DNA from: Octopus sinensis | Taxonomy: Eukaryota | DNA: 64,000 nt | NCBI RefSeq assembly: GCF_006345805.1 | Contig: NC_042998.1 | Span: 69,812,001 to 69,876,000 of the forward strand | Direction: 5' to 3' | Shown here: positions 25,081 to 37,473 of the stretch, in pieces | Layout of the letters: every line of letters starts with the position of its first letter | Position numbering within the stretch: position 1 is the first letter of the stretch | Program-made: the position numbers and the translations under genes | The notes under the pieces: model-generated | Databases searched by the model: none | What the model was told of the DNA's origin: nothing | What the model saw: only the letters and a program-made list of their open reading frames with translations

Positions 25081-25460
25081 CTACAGGGTAATGTTTTTTA
25101 AATTTCTCCTGGTTTGCGGAATTAATGTTATTTTGCGGTTGAAGCTTTGGCTGTTATTTCTAGTTGGTGAATGGCCTATTATGGCCGTTCCTTGATTGTG
25201 ATGTGAACTTATAAATGGTCTATGACTATTTAATTTTTTCCCACTAGGCCGCTGGTGGCAAAAAAATTCTACAAAATTTTTTGCCACCCTATATTGATTA
25301 ATTATGAATTTTCTGGTTAATCCGTAATGGAATCGGCGGCTTATATTTATTTGCTGCCGATAAATTTGGCGCGAGTGCGATGATTTGAAAATTTTAGGTC
25401 AGATATTGCCGAGGCAGGGATGGAAGTGCCTCGTGATAATATCTGTTCCGATCTGGCTGC

Positions 25461-25563
25461 TTCTTACTGACGAATCTATCGGCCTATGGAAGATTGGCTT
25501 GATTTAATTTAATCAGGTTAGTTTACCATTAAACAATAGATGAAACGCTGCATCGTATAAGAA
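25461..25563 (+). ncRNA. Type I hammerhead ribozyme, inverted arm copy 3
   Basis: Core and 6-bp stem I intact, stem III ACGCUGCAUCGU. Cleavage after 25557. Confidence 0.8.
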
Positions 25564-25749
25564 ACTACAGGGTAAATGTTTTTTTTAATTTTCTCCTGGT
25601 TTGCGGAATTAATGTTATTTTGCGGTTGAAGCTTTGGCTGTTATTTCTAGTGGGTGAATGGCCTATTATGGCCGTTCCTTGATTGTGATATAAATATATA
25701 TATATATGACTTTCTTTCTTTCCTTCTTTCTTTCTTTCTTTCTTTCTTC

Positions 25750-25808
<59 letters not shown>

Positions 25809-26107
25809 ACTCTTTCATACTGCCACTACCCTTTCTTGTACTTTCTCTCTTTCTCATACACTATTTTCTTCCCGCTTTTCTTTCCCGTATAAAATTCGTC
25901 TCTATTGTTTTTGTCATGCTCGTCGTCGTCGTCGTCGTCGTCGTCTTCCTCCTCCTCCTCCTCTTCCTCCTCCTCCTCCTCATCATCATCATTTCTTTTC
26001 TGCTTGATATCTATCTATCTATCTGTCTGTCTGTCTGTCTGTCTATGTATGAATGTGTGTATTTGTACATGTATTTATGTATGCATGTGTGTGTATGTAC
26101 ATATGTA

Positions 26108-26157
<50 letters not shown>

Positions 26158-26558
26158 TGCATGTATACATACATATAAGCATACATATGCATATATATAT
26201 ACATATCATACATTTAGGCACCATACAAAACTCTACAGCACTGAGGCATTCATGTCGCTTTATAGCTATACATATGTATCTATATATAGATATCGATAAT
26301 AAAATGAGTGAGTACCAGTCAAATACTGATGTTGATTATAATCGATTTGATCGGTTATATTACTTCATCAGAGTCTCTGGCCATTTGCCAACGTGAAAAA
26401 ATGATTTGCAGTAAACAAAGAAATAATGTATTATTAAGTAAAGGTGAAGCCATATTATATGCTTCACCGTAATTCGTATCGACTCGGTACGTTCTGAGCC
26501 GAAATATCGTCGGTGTCACGTTACCATTTACCTCTTCTGTTTTATGATTTCGGTGAAA

Positions 26559-26880
26559 GCGCGTGGCTTAATGGTTAGTGTATTCGGCTCGCGGTCGTAT
26601 GGTCGTGAGTTCGGTTCTTGGCACCGCATTGTGTCCTTGAACAAGACGCTTTATTTTACATTGCTTCATTCTATTCAGCTAACAAAAAATGAGTAGTACC
26701 TGTAATTCAAAGCGCCAGTCTTGTTACACTCTGCGCCACGCTGAATCTACTTGAGAAATACGTTTATGGGTACGCGTGTTTCTGGGGTGCTCAACCACTT
26801 GCACTTTAATTACTTCACGAGCGGGATGTTCCCTTGATCGGATCTACAGGAACCCTTGTCGTGGTAACCGACGGAGTGTC
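26559..26880 (+). mobile_element. tRNA-derived SINE, family C
   Basis: Homologous to 196-500. Confidence 0.75.
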
Positions 26881-27129
26881 AGTTTACGATTTCGAGTGCC
26901 GCTCAGGTCAAGTGTTTTGCCTATGAACACCTTGTCTTTTATGTCACTTCTTGCCATTATTTACATTATGCCTTATATATTTTTTTCCTTTTTAAGATCG
27001 TTTTTTTTTTCGATATGAGGGGGCTTTCACTCCTATTTCTATCTGCTAGATTGACACTCTAAGTCTAGAATATAGGTGTTGTTGCATTTTGTCCACGACT
27101 ACGCCTTATATATATCATTTATCGTATAT

Positions 27130-27445
27130 TTTTTACTTGTTTCAATCATTGGACTATGCCATGCTGGGGCACTGCCTTGAAGAATTTCGGTGGAACGAAT
27201 CGACGCCCAGTATTTATTCTATCGGCACCTTGTGTCGAACTGTTAAGTTGCGCGTATGTAAACAAACCAACACTGGTTGTCAGGCAGTGGTGGTGGGGTC
27301 AAACACATCACGAACACACACACACGCTCATACACACACACACACGTACGCACGCACGCATACGAAGGGCTTCTACCAGTTTCCGTCTACCAAATCCGAC
27401 GCTTACCAAAGGTGCTATGCAGTGGGGCTGAGCCCTGGAATCTTA
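27130..27445 (-). mobile_element. tRNA-derived SINE, family A (degraded)
   Basis: Contains ttctaccagtttccgtctaccaaatcc, homologous to 22074. Confidence 0.65.
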
Positions 27446-27654
27446 CCACTCAGTGGATTACGGAGGATGTCGATATCCGAGTGATTTCCTCTGTCAACAC
27501 TTCTGCGAATACTGACTAACAGGGTTCATAGAAGTGGACAGCATTCCTTAAAAGAAACCCTTCCATACATCCTGAAATTCCAGGGGTGATTTTTTTGTCG
27601 CGGAGTATATACAGTAAGTCAAAGAATGGAAACGATAATATTACGTTTATTCCA

Positions 27655-27745
27655 TTATTACGATCGTTTCAGCAATACATGGTTCCGACACCTCATTAAC
27701 ACAAATAATGTAATATTATGTAGTATTACGATCTCGTCAGACACA
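27655..27745 (-). ncRNA. Probable hammerhead motif with an irregular stem II
   Basis: Minus strand: CUGACGA-gauc-GUAAUAC...GUAUUGC-U-GAAA-CGAUCG-UA-AUA. Same ACGAUCGU stem III as 21222. Confidence 0.5.
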
Positions 27746-28578
27746 GGTCGAAAAAGCAATACAAATGACACTTGGAAAATAATGATATGTATATTTGTGA
27801 AGGCCAAAGATAGAGGCTTATATGTGTATAAGAGAAGAAGTGAACCTTCTGACATGTAACTGAAATATAGAAAGTGGCAGTATCAAGATCGGATATTAAT
27901 TTAGTTGCATCAAATGGGGTTAGTTGTGAGTCTGGGTACTTTAATTATTTTATACAACCAGACAATTGTCTGGTGGAAAAGAAAAGAAAAAGCAATAATT
28001 GGAACATGAGTGTCAGTCTATAGAAAGTCATAAATTAACTAAGGAAGGTTGATAAATCATCAAAGAACAATACTGATGACGGTTCAAGCAAAGGAATTTA
28101 TAGAAAATAAAAGAGCAAGAAAACGAAATACAGATAAAAGAAAGGAGGCAAGAGTGGGATAAGTGGGAGTGAGTTTTGGTATGTAACTGTCTGAGGTGTG
28201 GACTATCGGTTACAATCATTAGTTCCAATTATTTTTTCGTGTATTAATTGTTCTCAATTATTTGTTAATGCAGATAGTGAAGTTTTGTTTGAATTTTGTT
28301 ATTAGGTATTCTTTTAATTGTTTATATTCTTCACTTCTTTATTCGTAATCGGTTACTGTTCGCTCGTGTAATAGCAGCATGATGTCTCAGTTTTATTGTT
28401 ATCGCATCGGTCGTGGTCCGTAATATTTACGATCTTCTCAAGGGAAGAAAAAGTCATTGATCTGGTTCTCCTATTATTTAGCTGTGTGATTTTGATAGTT
28501 TGCAGGAAAAACATCGTTTTCTTGACGAAGATTGCCTGTTATCGTAATTGTTTGGCGCTGAATATCAATTAAGATGTT

Positions 28579-28802
28579 TTACAAGGGGATGCTCAAAAGT
28601 CCCTGGTTTTAAGGGCATCGCGAAAGGCTTGGTTGGAGGCCCAACCTTCCGAGTTCTTTTACAGGGCTTAGAAAAACCGAAGGACCGCTGCAATAAGTGT
28701 GTGAATCTGAGAGGGGAATATGTTGGATAAAACCATAATTAACTGATCCTCCTGTATTTTCTTTTACTCAAAACCAGGAACTTTTCAGCCCCCACTCTCG
28801 TA
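28579..28802 (+). mobile_element. Short mariner-derived element
   Basis: TA-bounded ends. Encodes LQGLEKPKDRCNKCVNLRGEYV, resembling a transposase C-terminus. Confidence 0.65.
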
Positions 28803-29675
28803 GATCCCAGTCATTCTTTATTCCTTTTATGTAATCTATAGAGGGATATTCCTTTGTCTTTCTGTAAAAATGATGCAGATCTTGCTTCAAATCAAAGGTT
28901 AATTAAAACTGCTTTCGATAGTTCCACGACTTGCGGTAGCTGGCCCCGGTCTCCTGTCTAGGCGTGGTATATAGAGTAATGATCTCAAGTGCTGAATTTC
29001 AGTTAATTTTCTCCGCTTGATAACTGCAATGATTTTTCATGAAAAAAAAGGTTACTTGTTTTTGTTTTTATCGAAAGAAGATAACAATGTTTTTTTTTTT
29101 ATATTAAGCTTTTGTATCTATGGCAAAAGTTCAAAGGGATAGTCATCATTAAAGAAACATGAACAGTTGCCTTCTGCCGACGTGGAAGAATTTCGACACC
29201 TGCATTCATGTATAAATGTATGTATATGTGCATATTAATATTAGAATTATATACGCACACATTCACGTGCGCTCTCTCTCTCTCACACACAAACATAAAC
29301 ACAAACATACACACAAACGCACTCATAAATATATACATCTCTGTGTAATTACTTGAGATGCTATAAATAGTAGCCTAATCTAAGTCAAACACCATATGGT
29401 TTTTATAAAAATGAAGGATACACTGGATAATGTAGTCAATGAGATACATCATCGTGCATTAAATATTAACTTTCCACAAATATTAATGCAAAATGTGATA
29501 GCATGTTCACACTAGTATACATACATACATACATACATACACACTCACGTGCGCGCGCACACACACACATACACGCACACATATACACACATGTATATTT
29601 ATATACACACATTTCATTGATGCTATAAAACTTGTGAAAAAGCACATAATTCAATAATGAAATAAGGGAGCATAA

Positions 29676-29711
<36 letters not shown>

Positions 29712-29785
29712 GTGTGTGTGTGTGTGTGTGTATGTGTGTGTGTGTCTCCCCATCTCTCTCTCTCAATGAATCTATCTCAATTTAC

Positions 29786-30028
29786 CTGGATAGTAGATTT
29801 AATCTTGGGTAGAAAACTTAGTCCGTTGCTTGTTTTAACAACACTTGGTCCTGGGTGCTTTTCATGCAGCTTAAGCACTGGGGCCAGGTATGCGGTTCTA
29901 ACGCTAACTAGAGACCTGGGACCCCAAGGGTTATGTGATGGCGTTAAACCGGCCGACAAATACAATAGTTTACCTGAAACCGGAAACGCTTGCTCCGATG
30001 GGATTTTGCACAGTTTCCATTCCAAATT
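29786..30028 (-). CDS. Candidate internal coding exon (81 codons, phase 0/0), product unknown
   Basis: Poly-T tract + tag/tag acceptor, then an open frame NLEWKLCKIP...SFLPKIKSTIQ, then a CAG|GTAAAT donor. No protein family recognised. An alternative donor lies at 29974. Confidence 0.3.
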
Positions 30029-30204
30029 CTACTAAAAAGAAAAAAAAAAAACATTCGTCAAACCCAGGTTGTGATGTTGCAAAAGGTGTTGCATTGTGAG
30101 ATCGAACTCAAAACTACAGTGTTGCGTAGCCAACTTGTTAAACTTGTTAAGCTCACAGTCATGCCTTTGTCTGACGATCTTGCCCCTTGTAAAAATTTCA
30201 AGTA

Positions 30205-30655
30205 TACTAATATTGATTCCAAATTTTGGTACAAAGCCAGCAGTTTTGGGAGAGGTGGTAAGTCGATTACATTGACCCCACTATTCAACTGGTACTTACT
30301 TGACCGATCCCGAAAGGATGAAAGGCAAAGTCGACCTTGGCGAAATTTGAACTCTGAATGAAAAGACGGACGAAATGCCGCTAAGCATTTCACTCGGCGT
30401 GCTAACGATTCTGCTCGCTCGCCGGCTTATAATAGTAGTAACAATGCTTTCAAATTTTAATACAAGGCCAGCAATTTTTGGAGGAGGGGCTACGTCGATG
30501 ACATCAACCTCAGTGTTCAGCTGGTATTTATTTTAACCAGCCCGAAAGGACGAAAGGCAAAGTCATCCTCGGAGTAATTTGAACTCAGAATGCAAAGACG
30601 ACGAAATGCCGCTAAGCATTTTGCCCGGCGCAGAAACGATTCCACTATCTCGCAA
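30205..30655 (-). mobile_element. Two adjacent SINE family B copies
   Basis: gaaaggatgaaaggcaaagtc...gccgctaagcatt occurs twice. Confidence 0.75.
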
Positions 30656-32572
30656 GCTTAGCCCCTGTGGCTAATAATAGAGTAACTGATCAATACTTAA
30701 ACCTTACCACGTATCATTTAAATGTCTTTTAGTTCCCGATATGGCATCGAATATGTAGAGTAAGGCAGTTTTAAATCTTGCACTTAATCTTCACTGGTTG
30801 ATGTATCTTTATCATTGCAGGAAAGCTTTAGTAAAAATCCGATGGAAACCTCACAAAGCCACAAGGGACGTTACCAGCTTAGATTTCAATTGAGTATTTC
30901 CAGTGGCTGTTGTTGATCTTTCTCTTGTATCCTTTCAGAACGTTATTTAGAATATTAAAAACTATATTTCAGTGAAGCGATGTGATATCTTTCTGGTTGC
31001 AATTCGTTAACTGTTTATCACCTCATAAATCAACTTATCGTATTTTGTTCGGTTTGAAAACAAATTGCTTAGTTTTATTTCTTAGTTTACATCCATGAAA
31101 CAGTGTTTCGAGAGAAAGTCGCTATTCTTGACCCAACCATATCAATAGACATAATGATTTCCTGTCACTTTAAACGACATCTCTTTCTTCAGTACATAAA
31201 TCTATTCTATTGGATCATACAATAACCTTTAGTTTGATAGTTTCCTCTTCATTTCTCTTCATTTCTCTGCTATATTCTAACAATAAAACCCAATAAATCA
31301 ATTTTTAAATAGACTAAAGCCTTCACAGGAAAGTCTATAAATTAAATTCATGGTGCTTTACAATGTAAAATATCTAGCGAAAGAGATCGTATGTGTGTAG
31401 TAAGAATTTGTGGTTACAACGACGCCATTTGCACAACCAAACAGTCTCCAGATCTTTTCATAATGAAAACACACGGAATTGCTATAGATTAAAGTGCCAT
31501 GATTTCTAATCCACTTTAATGCAACACATGAAAACTCATTCTTATTCCCTTTTAAGGTATCATTTTTAAAATGTGCTTTTTGTGTGTGTGTGTACGCGAC
31601 ATAGGATGTGTTTTTATTTTATCTGAATGTGTATGAGTATGTGTAAGCATGTGTACAAGTGTATCTAAATGTGTGCATGTGACGAGAATATGAATGTGTT
31701 TGTGTACCTGAATGAAAGTGTATTAAAATGTGTTTGTGTGTCTGTGTAAGTGGCTATGTGTTGATGTATCTAAATGTGTGTGTATCAGAATGTGTGTGTG
31801 TGTTTATGCATGTATGTGTGTGTATTTGTATGTGGCTGTGTGTATGTGTCTGACGCGTGTCTCTGAAAGTATGCGTACGTTATTTTTCTCTTGGTGTTTT
31901 GTTTCCAAATAAATTATGACCAATCAGATTTGGCTGAATGTTTCTCTGCCCGTTAATTTCGATAATGGCGCAGTTCCATCACTTAATTGTTCATTTTTAC
32001 CGGCGTCATTCTGACTATCATCATCATTATCATCATCTTTCACCACCACCACCACCAGTGAAGTTCACTTCGTCCTACAATATAAACAAGCTTACATCAG
32101 CTTCCATCATTTCGTTGATAATTGTAAAAACCTTTTCCTTATTAGAAACGGTTTACACCTCTCACTTGCAGCATGCATTAAATTAAAAATAAAATCCGTT
32201 TTTACGGCACCATCCCCGTCCTGCTACCGTTCAGACCAGACCTAACTACAATTAAAAGGAGACATAGTGATGAATAAACTGAGGTTATTTCCAGCAATGT
32301 AGTACTTTATTTTAACGACCCTGACGGAAGACATCAACCTCGGCAGAATTTGAACTTAGAACGTAAAGAGCCAGAAGAAATGCCGCTTAACATTTTGTTC
32401 GACGCCCTAACGATTGCATCAGCTTGCCGCCTCATGACCAATAAACAAGTGTCACCTTAGTCTGCTGGCTGTGGACAGCTGACACTTTCCATCATACTTA
32501 GCAAAATAAGCTGTGAGTTTTCTTCACATTATAATAATGATAATGATAATGATGATGATGATGATGATGATG

Positions 32573-32617
<45 letters not shown>

Positions 32618-32781
32618 GTGATAATAATAATGATGATGATGATGATGATAATAATATAAAACAATATTTGGACATCTCGTGTGTGGAAGACACACGAGAT
32701 GCCGAAATATTGTTCATTCGATAACAGTCGCACTCTTCTTATTGCTTCTTTACTTTCTGGAGTAAATCCTTTAAATATCAA

Positions 32782-32843
<62 letters not shown>

Positions 32844-32879
32844 ATAATAATAATAATAATAATGATAATAATAATAATG

Positions 32880-33170
32880 ATAAAAGATCTGGAAATAGAG
32901 GTAAATCGAATGTGGAACCTAAAAAAATAATACAAGTACTCTGCACCTACTATGATAAAAAATATTCAGACAAATACATAAAAAATTACCAGGACTTACA
33001 GATATATATATAACATACAGAAAATAGCACTACTAGGCACCTGACCAATCCTACGTAAAACACTTTAAATACAGTGAAAATGAGAGCACCGCAACAAACA
33101 ACAGCACATACCGAAGGCACACGAAGCTGCGCTCGGTAGTGTAGTGAAAGTAAGTGATAAAAATAAGTAT
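32880..33170 (+). mobile_element. R4/Dong-like LINE 3' end between (TAA)n arrays
   Basis: Reads KDLEIEVNRMW...LPGL..IYNIQKIALLGT..ILRKTL with frameshifts. TAA repeats on both sides. Confidence 0.7.
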
Positions 33171-33633
33171 TGAATAATAATAATCAAATACCCTGATGCA
33201 GTACCAGGCACTGGCTCTCATGGCTTCTGACCATGAAGTGTTATCATGTACATGTTTGTCTTGGAGTAAAAAATGGGCTACATCAAATATTCTGCTCAAT
33301 ATCATAGATTTGCTAGTCACCTCGGCATGTCCCTTGGTGGCTGATAATCAGCAGAAGTACTGGAGGAGCATCTTAGCAATGTGTTGAGAGGAATTATTTG
33401 GGATTTTAATAATCCACCTATGGAAACATGGGTATTTCGTTCATCATCCTTAAACAACCCTTATTCAGGGGCCTTTTGAGCGGGATGGGCAACTTGACCT
33501 AAAGAAAATTCTAACTTGGCCCCACCTGCAAAGTCATGTGCTGTTTATCTTGATATGAGATCACCATGTATTTGTACCCCAGTGACACTTTGATGGCATG
33601 CGCTACTCTTTCATTCAATAATAATAATAATAA

Positions 33634-33672
<39 letters not shown>

Positions 33673-34085
33673 CAAATTACTGCATACAAGATTTTACGGT
33701 TCAATCCTTCATAGTCAGCCTATAAACTTTTCAGCCCACGCTCATAAAGAACATTGAGTCTGGTTAATGGACGGGAACTTGAAACGAGAGATAGAAACGC
33801 TAATTATAGCCGCCCGGGAACAAAACCTTAGGACAAATCTGATCAAGGCAAAGATCGATAAAACTCAGTCAGGCAGCAAACGCAGTGTCTGCAGGAAAGG
33901 AGACGAAAGTATCAATCACTTTTTAAATGTGTTCAGTATATTAGTATAAAAGGAGTATAAGCATGGATATGACTGCGTCGGCAAAAGACTATATTGGGAT
34001 GTTAGTCGAGTGTGTAGCTTCAAAACAACAGAAAAGTGGTATAGCACGAACCAGAGTCTGTGATAGAAAATGAGAATTACAAGAC
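33673..34085 (+). mobile_element. R4/Dong-like LINE internal fragment (post-RT, zinc knuckle)
   Basis: Reads KLLH..FY...WLMDGNLKREIETLIIAAREQNLRTN...VCRKGDESINH...EYK...VGK..YW...WY.HEPESVIENENYK. Preceded by (TAA)n. Confidence 0.75.
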
Positions 34086-34739
34086 ATCTCCCCGGCCTGT
34101 CATTTCTAGGCTGCAAAAAGTCAGTGTCACTGCCTTTGCCTCCATTTGTGATCCTTGTCGTCCACTGTACCTCATATTACCACATCAGATCGGTTTGTAG
34201 TCCTCAGTTTTGAATACAATGCGTATGCTTTATAAACGTCAGTAAAAACCACAATATTGCATATATCAACCAGAGAATTCATCAACTACTCCTTTGAAGG
34301 CACTCTGAATATCCTTCACATTTTGACAAGCAGAAATATGTTACTTCTCTTCTTGTTCTTTCTTCGATAAAATCATCAGGTTAGGATGAAATGTTTCACC
34401 ACAAACTTGTCTCTTAATGCTTTTGTTTTTCATTTCCAAAAAGTCGATCCATATTTAGAATTTTATTTTTGGCGAGCAACATTAGTAAAAAGATTTATTG
34501 CTTTTGTGAAACTATCATTTTTCTGTGGAGTGCAGCGTAAATGTCAATGTTTGCTTAAGTATCATCATTTTTCTTTCTGCTTCTAATTTCTTTTCAAGTA
34601 AATGCATGATCTTGTTTATGGTGCTTTCAAACATACTTTAAAATTCGTTTTATTATTTTTTTTTGCGTAAGTAAGCAAATATTAAAAACTACTAGACTGA
34701 ATCAAAAGTTGCTTTTGTAGTTCAAACAAAATACACACA

Positions 34740-35750
34740 AAAAGTGTTTATTCATATTGTCTGTTTCCATCGTTGTCCCGGAAGCTTAATTCCACGTTTA
34801 TAAAATGTGGCTGGTTTAGAGGTAAAAAAACTCCGCGCACTCGTTTTTAACCTCATCCACATTGTTGAACCTCCTTCAAGGAAGCAGTTGAGCCATGGCT
34901 CGGAAAAGGGTGATAATCTGATGGTGCAAGGTCTGGAGCTGTAAACAAGATGAGGCACCACTTCCAGCAGCTCAAGTTCCTCAAATGTGTGCCTGGTTAC
35001 ATTGGTAGTGTGTATTGGGGCATTGTTATGCTGTACGAGATCGCATCTTCGATTGACCTATGTCAGGCAACGGTCTTTTTAAGCCTCATATGCTCGTAGC
35101 AGTTATTGAACATAAAGGTTAGCATTCACAGTATGACCACCTGGGAAAAGCTCAAAGTGCAAAATCACCTTGAAATTCGACCAAACACCCAGTATAACCT
35201 GTCCAAACCGCCCTTATTTGACAAAAGGTTCTGAAACCTGACCGGAACGAAGCCACTGATTCTTCTTATTAGAAATATAAAAGTAGATTTATGTTTCGTC
35301 TCCAAACAACGCCAAAAACGGACATCTCGAGAATTTGCCTATAGTTACCTGTGAATGTTCACATGTCATTGAGCCTGGTCATTGGTCAGTTCATGAAGGA
35401 CTTCTCGACAGCGTCTGTTCACAAGGTCGATTGATGGTGCTTTGTGAAAGACCAACTTCTGCCGACAATGTACTAATGTTTGTGCTTGGCTGTTCGACTA
35501 TTTCAAGCAAGACCTCATCTTCCATAACAGATCTCCCTGACCTTGGTTTGTCTTTGAGGCTGGTGTCATATCCTCGAAACGTCTGAACCAGTTTGTACTA
35601 CATGTTCGTTGACAGTTCGTTGACCTTCCTAGTCATTAACTCCCTTTACCTCTGCCCTCGCGCTCAGTCTTTACTTCTATAAGCAGCGTAAAATAGCCTT
35701 AACTGCAAGTTTTTCACCACTCATCATCAAAGCTGTAAAATTAAGAATAA
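34740..35750 (-). mobile_element. mariner transposase pseudogene
   Basis: Minus strand gives WFRRFE..TSLKDKPRSGR, PDLAPSDYH and FYKRGIKLP..RW, with many stops. Confidence 0.75.
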
Positions 35751-36639
35751 ACAATTAATGTTTATATGTTATATATGAAAATAAAGAATAAACTGTTCAG
35801 CAATTATTGGACCACAAGTTGTATCAAATTAATGATATAACATAGAGATACAAGTTGCCAAAAATAATAAGTGAAAATCTGGAAAAACTTATGACTCAAC
35901 CTAGTAAATATATATAGAAAAATGTTCAGCATGAAACCTTATTTTATTTTCTTATAATGGCGAGGATGTAAGCCAGAAAAGAAAGACTCGAACGTCTACA
36001 AAGTTGACTTTAAATCGGTTCAAAAAGAAATCCTGAAACAAAATTAATTCGAAAGTCTCTGTGCCATGCAATGGCATGAAGCTTAAATAATTTATGTCAA
36101 TAATGCAAGCCGTGTGCATTAAACGTGTCCCACAGAGAAGAACTAATGCACACAAAAACAGGATTCCCTAGAGACAAGAAAGTCCTTATAAGACTATGAA
36201 TAATGATTTCAAATTGCTTAAATAAACAACTTAATGATAGCAAGGAGTCCCACCTAAAAAAAAAATGGTACATTCAAAGATCGAAAACAAACTCAAACTC
36301 TTTCATGAAAAGGAGAAGAAAGGAAGAGAAACCATGGCAGTTGAAAATGAAAAGAAGAAAAACCTCAGAAAACGAACCCTAAGACCTTCTATTAATTTGC
36401 AGAAGAACCTACCTTGCTGCGTAACAAGATAAGAGCCACTGTTCGAAGAAAATAGTTCACTGACGGCAGGTAAGTGAAATATTAAATAAACAAATTCGAA
36501 GTGTTTTACTTCTTCGCTGGTATATATGGATAAATAAATAAGCTTGAAGAGTTCTTTAATACTTCAGTTCTACACAGGGAGAGTTAACCAGTGCAACAGG
36601 TACTCTACAGGGAGAGGCTAAAAATACTGAGTATTTACT

Positions 36640-36920
36640 TCCTAGAGCGAAGACTTTAAAGAAATGCAAGGATATATATATACGTGTGTGTGATGTGGAA
36701 AATTCTGGAGGGATTGAAAGCTCCTATGAAGAACTTCCAAACTGGACGAGACTGTGAAGTATCATAGGTCGCAACCGCTCCATTTGAAGCTCATGGGTTT
36801 TCAATACCTTGCCTGCGATCTACGAGGCGTAAATGTTGGTGTGTTTAAAATGTTTTATCTGAGTTACCGGATTAACTCACAGCAGGGTAAGAATTATAAA
36901 CGAGGGCGATGATGGCCTAT
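36640..36920 (+). mobile_element. L2/CR1-type LINE 3' fragment
   Basis: Reads WKILEGL and FNTLP...VFK...LPD, a typical ORF2 C-terminal pattern. Confidence 0.5.
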
Positions 36921-36938
36921 TCCATCATTCACCAAGCC

Positions 36939-36978
<40 letters not shown>

Positions 36979-37136
36979 GAGAGAGATGAGAGAGTGGGGG
37001 AGAGGGAGATAGAAAGAGAGACAGTTGTGGAAGTAAAATGAAATTAAAAATCGCAGCAGTTGCTGTGCCTCAGCATGGTCACAACCTCTGGCTCGAACAA
37101 GTGAAAAGCATATGTGTGTATGTATGAGTCGCATGC

Positions 37137-37167
<31 letters not shown>

Positions 37168-37246
37168 TGTATGTATGTATGTATGTATGTATGTATGTAT
37201 GTATGTATGTATGTATGTATGTATGTTTGTATATATGTAGGAACTT

Positions 37247-37277
<31 letters not shown>

Positions 37278-37415
37278 TGTCTTAATTGTATTTCCTTGCA
37301 CTTTGTTAAGCACATTCTATTGATTTGTATCAATTTGAAATTAACCTGTTTCTTTTTATATAGATATTACTCCATCTTAATTTTAGAAATTCTTGAAAAG
37401 AAGTCTGTTCAAACC

Positions 37416-37473
<58 letters not shown>

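Larger units (their letters stand above)
23201..25689. mobile_element. Retrozyme-like array of ~488-bp units: ~2.6 direct units, then ~2.5 inverted units, TA-flanked
   Basis: Unit starts at 23201, 23689 and 24178. Fold-back junction at about 24486-24488 (ggc microhomology). One HHR per complete unit. Confidence 0.85.

Noticed and set aside
23201-25689. Array considered as CRISPR, rDNA or histone/snRNA repeat
   Set aside because: There are no unique spacers, the context is eukaryotic, and I recognised no rRNA, snRNA or histone sequence.
36260-36475. Perfect donor cag|gtaagt at about 36468 with an upstream K/E-rich frame
   Set aside because: All three frames stop before the donor and I saw no acceptor, so it cannot be supported as a coding exon.
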